Source: Klebsormidium nitens (taxonomy: Eukaryota; Plantae; Klebsormidiophyceae). Taken from it: a stretch of 64,000 nt of DNA. The stretch is from positions 88,882 through 152,881 of the forward strand of contig DF237131.1 in assembly GCA_000708835.1 (NCBI GenBank), in the 5' to 3' direction. The translations under genes and the position numbers were made by a program. Positions 48,301 through 58,849 of the stretch are shown piece after piece (within the stretch, counting starts at the first letter, position 1; each line of letters opens with the position of its first letter). Below the pieces are notes generated by a model. That model did no database searches. It saw nothing but the letters and a program-made list of their open reading frames with translations, and was not told where the DNA came from.

Positions 48301-51300
48301 TTCTGCGCCACTTTCGGGGAATTTGATCAGTCGAAGCGATCTAACAATAGAAGAGATGATTACAGGCGGCTTTCCATAGCAGCTTTGCACTGGTTTGCGC
48401 CTGCTTATTTTGGGGTAAAGAGCAGCAAAAAGGCAGTCAAATTCTAGGGAGAAGACACCGTTTCTGCATTGTTTAGGGATTGAGCCTGTCAGCACCTTCA
48501 ATGGGTTTGCCGGATCGCCCCGAACTTCGGAGAATCCAAGAAGAGACTATCCAGGAAGCGACTTTGGAATCTGAGATCGGACCCTCCGCAAGGAGAGACA
48601 TCGACACTCAACCGGAAGATGAGAGGTCCCACCTTTGCCTCCGGCGCACACATATCTTCATCGGACGTTTTTGCCGGAGTTTTTGCCAAAAGTATTGAAC
48701 AGGTTTTCGGGAATAATCTGAATAATCCCGATTCTTCCCCTCACCTGAAACGCTTCCTCCATCACCCCCAGCTTCGCCGCCTTGCCCTCAAGCTCCTTCG
48801 TCAGCTCCCCCTCCTTCTCGCGCCACGCCCCGAGCACTTCCCGCTCCGCGCTCCGGTACTGCTCCGTCTGTTGGCGCAACCGCCCTTCCATCTCGTCTTC
48901 CTTCCTTTCCAGTCGGTCGTACAGCTCCCGGATCTCGCGCTTCAGCGCCAGCCGCTCCTTGGTTGCCGGCGTGACGGCCAGGCTCCCGGACGAACCGTCT
49001 AGAGGTTCCCGCCTGGGCACGACGGCTGGGGAGACCTCTAGAGAGTTCCCGCCGAGGTTTGCGCCCCGCAGTGCGTTCTTCATCGCGCTCAAGAGGCTCC
49101 CGTCGATGCTGCGAGACAGACTGCCCGTGGGACTGTTGGCCGGAGTCTTCACGGGCGTGACCTCCAGATTCTCCCCGCTCTCGTTCTCCTTCAGGAGCCC
49201 GTCCTTGACCGGCGTCTCCTCTGCTTCCTCCAGCTGGCCAGCGAGGACCCTTAGAATCTCCTGCAACCCCCTCACCTCCGCCTCCTTAGCCCGCAACTCT
49301 CTAGACTTCCCCACCAACATCGCCTCGAGCTCCGCGACCCTCCCAAACCCCTCGCTAACCCCTCCCGAAACCACTCCTGACCCCTCCCTAACCCCCTCAG
49401 TAACCTCCTCAGCCCCCGCGTCGTCCAACCGGCTCCTCTTCCGTTTCGTCGGCGACGTCCCGCTCGCGCCTGAAGGTGCCACGTCAGCGCCCACGTGACC
49501 CAATTGCGTCTGGAGGCTGCGGCAGGCACGTGCCAGTTGCTCGGCCCGGCGGTTGGCGCCGTCGAGCTCGCGCCGCAGGCGGGTCACCTCGGTGTCTCGG
49601 GCGTGCACCGAGGCCACCGCTTCCTCGCTCTGAAGCGCGGCCTGGTGGAGCAAAAACCAAAACCATGTTAGTTTCATTCGTCTCGAGATCCTATTGAAGT
49701 CTTCTCTCGGCAATCTGCTTATGATTGTATTGAGAGTAATTGGCGGGCAAGAACAGTTGCCAAGAAGGATGCAGATTGCAATGAATCATAATTTTCTAGT
49801 ACTGCAACTTTCTGAGATCCTGGCAAGGAGAATGAGAAGAAAGTTGCAGCAGAGAAGAGCTGATGGCAGGTCGTTCGAGGGGCCTCTGCCTTAATCCTGC
49901 CAGAACAAACTCGATTTCAATAGGACAAGAAGGGCGAAACATAGGTAACAAATTGGCGAACAGCAGCAAATCGCTGCAGGAAACTCTCAAATTTCCCGGA
50001 TCCTGCGATTTGCCAGGCCGCCACCTGCTCTTTAAGGTCACCCACCGGAACATTCACGAGTCTTGGAAGTGACGGGATACACAGCGCATAGAAGAACGTC
50101 GCCTTCAGACATAGCTACTCGACCACTTCTATCTGTTCCTTAAGCTCGCCGCCCTCTTTGTGCAAGTACTCCGTCCTCAGCGCTTTGTCGAAGGGGACCA
50201 GTTTTACACAGAAAGAGGGAGACCAGGATAAGTAAACAGGTTTTCTAGTCCCTGGAGTCGGCCTGCTCCCCACCTGTTCCTTGAGCTCGCCCACTTTCTT
50301 TCGCAGGAACTCCGTCCTCAGCTGCAGCTTCTCGCGCTCCTCACGCGCCGACTGCAGCTCCGCCGCCAGCGCCGCCGTCTCCTCGGACGCTTCCCTCCTG
50401 AGCGTCCGAATCTCCTCTTCCTTCTGCAACGCGTCCGACATCGTCCGGCTCAGCAGCTGTTCCTTCTCGTGAAGCATGCCCACGAAGTCCTCTCCCGACG
50501 GGCCCTCGATCTCCAGGCTCCGCCGGCGCTCGAAGCTCCGCCGCCGCTCTTGGCTTCCTTCCCCGTCGCTCTGGCCCTGGAGAACCGCTAGAGAATATCG
50601 TTCACGCTCTTGGCGTCCCTGCCCGTTGTTCCGCCCCTGATGCACCCCTAGAAGTTCTCGTTTCTCGCCCTCGAGCGCCTCCTTCTCCGCGGCGCTCCGC
50701 TCCAGCGCAGCTTCGGACTCCCGGACCCGTGTCTCGAGAGCGACGATCTGAGCGGACAGCTCGGCCTCCTTATCGGCGACCGTGGCGTGCAGCTTCGCTT
50801 CCGCTTCCTCCGCAAGCTTCTGGATCTGCGCTTTGACTGCCGCGACGTTTGCTTCCCTTTCTTTCAACTCTACCAGAACCGTCTCCTGTTGCGCCGTCAG
50901 GTGCCTGACCTTCTCCTCACTGGCTTCGAGCGCTTTCCGCAAATCCCCCTTCTCGCCATCTAGAACCCCCACTCGGGCCGTCGCCACGGCCAATGCTGCA
51001 GTCACTTCTGCCGCGCGTGCCTCGTGCGATTTGGCTTTCTCGCTCGTAGCCCTCAAACTCTCCTCCCGATTTTTGGCCGTTTGAAGCTCACTTTGCAGCG
51101 AAACCACCTGAGCCTTGAGCGACTTAACCAACTGATTACTGACTGCCAGCTGCGACTTGGTGCTCTCGCTCTCCTCTTGCAGGGTAACGCTGACCCGGGT
51201 CCGCTCGTCGACCAGCTTCTCGAGCCCGGCAATGATTGCATTCTGCGCCCTGTTCTGCTCTTCCAGCGCAGTAACTCGCGCGGTCTGCTCCTTAACCTGG

Positions 51301-54300
51301 TTATCTAGGGCAGTCTTCTCGTCTCCGGCCAGGTTTACCCTCTCCTCTAGTTGCGCCCTCAACTTCTCGAGCTCGGCATCCTTCCTCGCGACCTCTTCCT
51401 TGAGCTCCGCTGCCTCGAACTGCGCCTTCTCCACCGCAAGACCCAGCTTCTTAACCTCTTTCCCCTTTGCTTTCGCATACGTCTCGCGGTCCTTGATGTG
51501 CTCCATGATCGTGCTCTGCTGCGCGATCGCGTCCTTCACCCACTGCTGCCGCTCCTTCACGTAACCCTCCTTAACCCCCCTCAGCTGCTCCTCTAACCCG
51601 CGGATAACCCCCTCGTTAACCCGGATCGCCTCCTGCGCCGCCTGGAGCCGTTCCTGGAGCTTTACCGAAGACTGCCGCCGCGCCATCCGCTCGTCCAAAT
51701 GTTTTTCCTCTTCCTTCTTCCCGGCAAGGCCTTGTTTCACCTCGCCAAGCAGGTTTGTGGCTGTCTGGAGGTCCATCTCGGCGTCTGACAAGGCCAGCCG
51801 TAAGTGGTCCCGCTCCGACGTCAGCTTCTCGACTTCGGAGACTCTGGTCGTGGCCTCCTGGCGCGCAGTCTCGGCATCGCGCTCGGCGGCGCGGCAGGCC
51901 GCCTCTAGTTTCTGTGGAGCAGGCAAGATGCAGGTCAGGGACTCATCATGCTTGTTCTGCATTGCATTGCCTGACTCGTCAATGGATTTTGTGCTTCTAA
52001 GCGAGTGCTAAACTGCCTGACTGATTTTTCTGTGTGGCTTCCGCAAAAGTTTGTGACGTGCAAAACTTGGGGTCTCCCGGTGAAAGACGTTTGATCGGAA
52101 GGACTCTGGTCACTTCAATGCCAGCCAAAAGCTGGTTGTCATCAGCAGGGAGGACAAGAAACACAAAAAGAAAGCCAGCTCCAAGGCCTTGGTTGCGCTG
52201 CGCCATTTACGCGAGGCACGCTATCAAATTGCACCTGATTGTACCACTTGTGACAGCACTCCTAACACACGGCCTCTAAGAAAATAAGCTTTTCTTCCAA
52301 ACAGTGCACGAGAGATCTCACCCAAAATCTTTGCTGAAGACTTCTCTGTTGATGAGGAACTAAGGTCCCTCTACTGCAGTGAGTGCGACTGTGCATGTTC
52401 TGACCATGCAAAACGTCACCAGTGAGAACCAGAATCTAGATTAGCTCTGCAAACGCCCATAGTTAGATGAGGTACTCCACACGAGGTAAGTCACGATGTT
52501 TACAACTCACAGCCAGAGTTGAGGCACTAGCCTCATGGGGTCACATCACAACAGTCATTAATGAGACGAAAAGCCCCCAACAGGCTCCCCTTTTGCATCT
52601 TCAACGTTCAAAAGAGACCAGTCCATCTTCAGCATGGTCATCTATTGTTCTCAAGATAGTTCCCTGAACGACCCCTTCAGTCGCCATTGGAGGACCCCCC
52701 ATCATCAATCCTCGTTCAGATTCAGTAGAGGGAGGTGGCTAGACCGAAGGGGGGTAATCAATGGCCAACAGTACCCAAAAGGCAGCCCCTCTTCGCTGCT
52801 CTCCCTCACCTCTTTGCCGCTAGAATGCAGGAAAGCCGTCTGAATTTCTGAAATCCCATATAGCTCCCATAGCCTTAAGATCAGGATCAAGACACAAGGG
52901 GCGAGAGCCATAACCATCAAGTTAAGGAACTGGGAAGGACCGTTTGTGACCAGGCCCACCTTCTGCTCTGCTGTGGATGCCCTCAGCGCGTTCAGCTCTG
53001 CGTCTTTCTCAACCACCAGCTGCCTGAGGCCCTGTCCGACACCGTCCCACTCAGACAGAGTGGCGCTCGCGTGGGCTCGACCCAGCTCAGCCTGCATACA
53101 ACAGGGCCCCGTTCTTCAACCTAGTGCGGTTAAGTCCTTGCTTAGAATGACGGAAAAATTTGTTTGGGAAGTCAGCGGCCGAGCTTGGCTATGTGTCTGG
53201 AGCGGGGGCATTGAGTACGGGGCACTGAGTACAAACACTGTCCAGAAAACGCGCTGTTCCAGGAACTGCTTGTCCGCTGCTTGGATGTGATACAACTTTT
53301 CTGCCTTCAAAAAAGTGGCGTCACAACGGATGAACCTGACTTTTTCAAAGTCTATCCAAGGCCCAACTTTGTCATGGAAAACGATTTTAGAGCATTTTGT
53401 CGAGGATGCTTGCTATGGTGAGTCACTGGTCAAATCTTGGGGGTTCGCCAAAGCTCACAAACTGTCACATCAGATGAAGGTGGGATAGTCACACCCAGGC
53501 TTTACAATCATCACTTGGCAAATCCACATTGGCTTGTCACTCAGGCTGTCCCCAAGGTGTCAAAACGCTTAACCGGCAAGGCATATAACTGCAAACCATA
53601 ATTTTCAAGACCTAAGAGCGTTCGTCTGCAAGAAGAAAGCTGACCTAGACACAGCTACGAAGAAAGGGTGCGTCAACACAAGGCTCTTTATCTTTCTGAG
53701 CATACTTTCCCAGCCTTTCTGGAGAAGCCTACTGACACTACACATGGCATTGAAGCTTTGGTACCCTCTGTGAGTCTCATCAGCACAGATCTACAGAAGC
53801 GCTCATGAGAGACTAAGTAAAAGCAGAGAGGGAGGAGTGCAGCCTGTTGTGTTTCCTCAGTATGGGGGATCTGCTAGCACTTGGCACGACGCCAAAAAGT
53901 AGCGACTACCAATAAGATCAGGATAACCAAAAAACCAATCACTTACTGCTTCAGACCCTTTCAACTCAAAGCAACATGAAACAACAAAAGACCCAAACTA
54001 TTTTTAAGGCTGAACTTTGAGGAACCTGAGGACAGTGTCCATCATGCATTTCAGCAACGTCAGAAGGAACAGGTCTTAGATTTTTTGGGCACACTAGTAA
54101 CTATACCAAGATGCGATAACCTCCCCTCAGTACTGCTCTGTGCTCTCTGTAAAGAGAGTCTGCATTATGATAATAACAGAACGTGCGAAAACTTACACGT
54201 TCGTAACAGCACTCCCACTCTGCACCACATTACAACGCTGCCGAACAATGCTGACTGGTCAGTGCCTCACCTCAAGGATGCAACGTGCAACCTGCTCTCT

Positions 54301-54927
54301 CTGATGGCCGTCCTGTATCCCTAGCCTGTCCACCTTCCTATGTACCCTCGTCACCACGGCCCCCGCCTCCCTCGCCTCTAGAGGACGCTCAACTCCTGTC
54401 TGTCTCTCAAGCTCTCTCAGCTTTGCGAGGTTCTTCTCATATTCTCCTGCTTCAAAGCTGCGCCGGGGCGTTTGCACCTCCAGAAATACGTCGTGGCCGG
54501 AGTCCACACTCGTCGGGCTTTCCACAAAGTAGGTGCTGCGCTTCGTATCAGCAAGGGACTGCACCCCCTGTTCTTTTGCCGTGACGTTGCCGTTTGCGAT
54601 CGCGAAAGTTGGCCGCTGAGAATGTGGTCCACCAGTGGCCGAAACCCTTGCCTCAGGACCGCTCACTTGACCGAGCCCGGGTCTCCTCCCCTGCTCTCTG
54701 GCATTCTGGGGAGGTCCCACCTTTCTGCCAGCCTTTCTGGAAGGAACGTCGCCATCGCTGTCCTCGTCAGTGGTCACCCAAAACTGGTCCAGCTCCGGGT
54801 CATCCAATGCCGGCTTCAGCTCTGAATGCAGGCTCTTCCTCTGGTTGAGATCTGCAGACCCTTTTCGGTCCTTGTGATTCAGGAGGCCCTCATGTGCTGA
54901 AACCGAGGTGCTTTCCATAGCAGCCAT
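45350..54927 (-). CDS. Very large coiled-coil protein with disordered N- and C-termini
   Basis: Exons include 54927-54271, ~53091-52960, ~51910-50274, ~49640-48745, 47831-47681 and 47103-45350. It has long E/K/A/L/Q heptad stretches and a Ser/Pro-rich tail. No recognisable catalytic domain; some middle exons are uncertain. Confidence 0.72.
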
Positions 54928-55259
54928 CTCCCTCAGAAAAGGAGGCCCTCAGGACTGAGCTCAACCTTCACGTCCAAACATCATGAACGGTCCCCTTTCA
55001 CGCCCGAGAAGTTTACCCGTCCCCTCAGACAGCAGAGAAAGTGGTATGCCACATGGCAACTTCAGGTAGCTCACGAAAGAAAGATTAACGCATAGGAGAG
55101 CCCCTGCAGTGAGGTAAAAATGTCCGCCCTGTTTAGGTAGCTGCCAACAGCCAGCTGATCGTCATGAGCCATGATGATGGATCAGCTACATGAGCAGATT
55201 TCAATACCGTACCACTCAAGAAAGATAATAGTAAGCCAAGATAATAGTAAGCTCCGACT

Positions 55260-55340
55260 AACACTAAAAGCCCTAACCTTAAATGAAACACCCGCTCCGC
55301 ACCCGTACCCACCCTAACCACCATACTAACCCTACCCGTC
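55260..55340 (-). repeat. G-rich telomere-like dispersed repeat, copy 2 (inverted relative to copy 1)
   Basis: The minus strand reads GACGGGTAGGGTTAGTATGGTGGTTAGGGTGGGTACGGGTGCGGAGCGGGT..TAAGGTTAGGGCTTTTAG. It abuts the second gap. A 15-bp tandem AAGATAATAGTAAGC x2 lies next to it at 55222-55252. Confidence 0.85.
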
Positions 55341-55343
55341 ACT

Positions 55344-55552
55344 NNNNNNNNNNNNNNNNNNNNNNNNNNNNNNNNNNNNNNNNNNNNNNNNNNNNNNNNN
55401 NNNNNNNNNNNNNNNNNNNNNNNNNNNNNNNNNNNNNNNNNNNNNNNNNNNNNNNNNNNNNNNNNNNNNNNNNNNNNNNNNNNNNNNNNNNNNNNNNNNN
55501 NNNNNNNNNNNNNNNNNNNNNNNNNNNNNNNNNNNNNNNNNNNNNNNNNNNN
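55344..55552. other. Assembly gap
   Basis: 209 N. Confidence 1.
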
Positions 55553-56123
55553 GATTCATGAATGTTGTATAAGTTGCACATGAGCCTAGCTGCTCGCTAA
55601 AGAACCGGTAGGTTGATCGGGTTATCAATTGAAGCGGGGGGGTTATATATATTGTTTGAGTAGAAAACTTATGGATGGGGGGGGTGCGGGCTTCGCTTTT
55701 TTGCAGACGAACGTCTGCCCAAGAAACTAGTCTTGAGTTTCATCAGATTTCAGCGCTACCTGGGGACATCATTCATACCGTATGACATATTATGAGTAGA
55801 GACCCTCCCCGAAATTGTAGTGCGGCCGTCCGATGTTCTTATCGGACGGCATAGCATCCAGAAAGTTTGGAGGGTGAGCGTCGACCGTCCAGATCGAAGA
55901 CTGGAAAGCGCATCCGACGGTCCAGGATACCCCTTGACACTGAACAGGATCAGAACTGTGGTACTCAGGCAGACCACCGGTAGTGTCAGTGATGAGTGCG
56001 CATTCACCTCCCTTCCGACCAGATCACACACTGACACACATGTGCGCAGGGCAGAACCTGGTCATCATCATGCGCGGGGAGCGTTTCATGGCGGAATCAC
56101 CACGTTGAACACGGAGCAGCAGC

Positions 56124-57563
56124 ATGGCTCTGCGGGGAGTGTGGCAGCTGAAGCGCTTGGTGATCAGCTTCTGTGATTTCTCGGGGAGCAGCAAGGGGGC
56201 GCGGTACGGTCCGGCGCTTTTTTCCTCCACTTTTTTTGCCGCTCCTGACAATGCTGGGAACAACTTTTGATTTTCTTTCCTACGCAACTCCCTTTGGTAG
56301 GGGATTGATGCGACGGATGTAAATACTGATATTGCTTTGCAGGTGGACCATTACCTGCCTGGTTCAGAATTAGGGTTTACTGCCTCACATGATCGTATTC
56401 ACCGGTGACCTTCTTTGAAGAGCTGCAGAGTTCAGTGCAAGCCTGAATGAACTACGTGCCGAAACAACCGGCCTTCCTACTGCGGAAGCATGATACAAAT
56501 AAGAACAAAACTGCAACATTCACTGATTGATGGTTTTGTTAGTGGTTTTTGCACCCCTCTTGGGTCTACATTCTTTGTGCCGCGCCTGAACTTTGTACGA
56601 AGGGCATGAATTTGCATCAGCTACAGCACGTTCTGTGCGGGGGTGATCAGCCGCTTACTGCTCTTGCAGGGACTTTGCTTTGAAGGGCCAGCTCGAGGAG
56701 TTCATCAAGGCCAACCCACAAATTAGAATCCTGACGCACATCAACCGGGGCCAGCATCCGTATTTAAAAGGCACATACGGTGAGGCACACTTCGAAGGGC
56801 TCTGTAACAATTTGAGAGTACGCCTCAGGTCGGCCCAAGCCTTTTCTTGTTGCCCCGCCCTTTCCACTTTCCAAAGAGGTAACTTTAGGATCTGTACCAC
56901 CGAGCGAGGCCGTCAACTTGTACATATCATAGGTGCCCCAGAAACCCCAAGCGAGTTCTTATGCAGCCACAGTAAAGGAAATTTGCAGCACAGTGGAGCA
57001 TGGTCGGCGGATGCCCTGACGATGAGACTTGACGCAATATGGAGCTTTCTGCTTGACGATGGGCTTCGGTATGTCATGTGCTTGTATTGAAACATGCAAG
57101 TCTGATTCTTCGATTGTTACAAGAGAGGGTTGAGCTCGCAACTCTGCAGCTTTCCAGAAGGCTGAGGTCTGTGCGCCTAGCCAACCGCTGGGAAAAAGGT
57201 TTGAGAGTATAGACCATGATCTGATGCTGGGGCACCTGGGTCTTTCCAAAACACGCATGACAGTGACGGGGTTCAACCGAGTACACTTTACTACTTTGCA
57301 AATCTCAATTGCCTCCGCACATTTTGACCAGATCCTTGTGTGGCCCTTTTGCAGCGAACCTTTCTGAGCACAGCGTTGGGGTGAAGAACCAAGACAGCAA
57401 GGCCATATTGGAGGCCGCTCTGACTCTCCGGAACGCCACGGGGAGGAAAACGACGCTTCCATTGCGGAACAGGCAGGTCACGAGGACGCCCAGTATACAG
57501 GGGACTTGGACGCCTTTCTCAAAAATACGGGCCACGACGGTCCGAGAAAATATCGAGCAATAA
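56124..57563 (+). CDS. MRPL43: Mitochondrial ribosomal protein L43 (L51/S25/CI-B8 family)
   Basis: Exons 56124-56203, 56670-56779 and 57355-57563 give MALRGVWQLKRLVISFCDFSGSSKGARDF..RGQHPYLKGTY..VGVKN..LRNATGRK..PSIQGTWT, which closely resembles plant mL43. Confidence 0.95.
56371..56378 (-). promoter_or_regulatory. Telo-box (AAACCCTA) in MRPL43 intron 1
   Basis: TAGGGTTT on the + strand. Telo-boxes are typical of plant translation-machinery genes, but an 8-mer can occur by chance. Confidence 0.3.
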
Positions 57564-58849
57564 CAAAGATGGGCTGCCACCTTGGGGGTGCATGAAAGCT
57601 CCGTTTGTAGATTCATGTTGAGGCGCTCTTGTATATACCAAGTCATTGATAGTTGAAGTCCTTTCTCGGCAAGTTTGTTCGCTAAGGCTTGATAGATTCA
57701 TCTGTCAACGGTCAATGAAGTCGACGGTTGCCCTTAGGGGCATGTCAATCCCCTGATTTATATCTGAGGAAGTTCAGCAAGTCATTTTAACGAAACTTGC
57801 CGGTCCGGCCAGGCACAGTATTAACTTCTTGGTATCGCGCTGTACCAAAGACAAAGCATTCAGACTACAATTGCGAGATTTGGAGTTTAACTTATGCGCA
57901 CCTGGTTGCGCACTGAATGACTTGCATGTTCGGTTGCACGAACGAAGAATGAAAGCTCACATGCACTGATTGCTGTAATACAACGAGATTTAGAGAGCCG
58001 TGATCTACACATTTCAGTTCATGACCGAACTCCATGCAGCCGCGGTTAATCTACACCTAACTGGATTGATGAGCCGAGTACGCGTCATGCCGGCCAATAC
58101 TGATATGGCTGCAGGCGACTCCAAATTTCAGAAGTTCTGCAAAAACGTTCAAATAAATTTTGACCGCGGGCGGCCCCATGCCGGGCACATAAGATACAAA
58201 ACTTTTTGCAGCCAGAATCTATAATTTTTCCATGGCGGCGGCCGCGGGCCAATTTCGGCAGGGTCAAAAGATTTATAGCTCACTCGATCAAGTGGGAGCC
58301 CGCCCAGATCGGATGCATGTCCAACTCAAGAGTCCGTCATATATTCGATCGACGCGTCCTCGCATAAATGATCGAATGAATCATTGGCGCAATCGAGTTA
58401 TGTAAGCTGACAAGGCTTAACATTCTCGCCGTTCGGGTCTCAGTCCGAGACGTTTTATTAACACGGGCCAGCATAATCTGGGTCGATCGTAGTGACCGCC
58501 TATAGTGCGTCTACAAGCGCGGCTCAGCTCATCATCGACCTCAATCATGTATGGGACACTTCTGCAGAGGCATAACCGCAGGAGCTTCCAAGTTTAGGCC
58601 TCGCACAATGTTGCGAGGAAAGAATACATGTCGTACCATCTGCAAATTAATCCATATCTCTCGCTTTTAACCTACCAGCAGAATTGCGAATTGCAGCATC
58701 TCTGAGCGGGCAGCTGCGCTTGCAATCGCAGCCCTCATTTACGCTGAAGAGCAAGAATTGAATCCTTAGGCCCGATGTCCTGGTGTGATTGCCGTCGTCA
58801 TGCTTCCGAGATGCCGCCATCGTGACGGCCAGCGCTCTTTCGACAAATC

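Noticed and set aside
58085-58270. MITE-like GC-rich patch with short inverted words (CTGCAAAAA / TTTTTGCAG)
   Set aside because: No clear terminal inverted repeats or target-site duplication could be defined.
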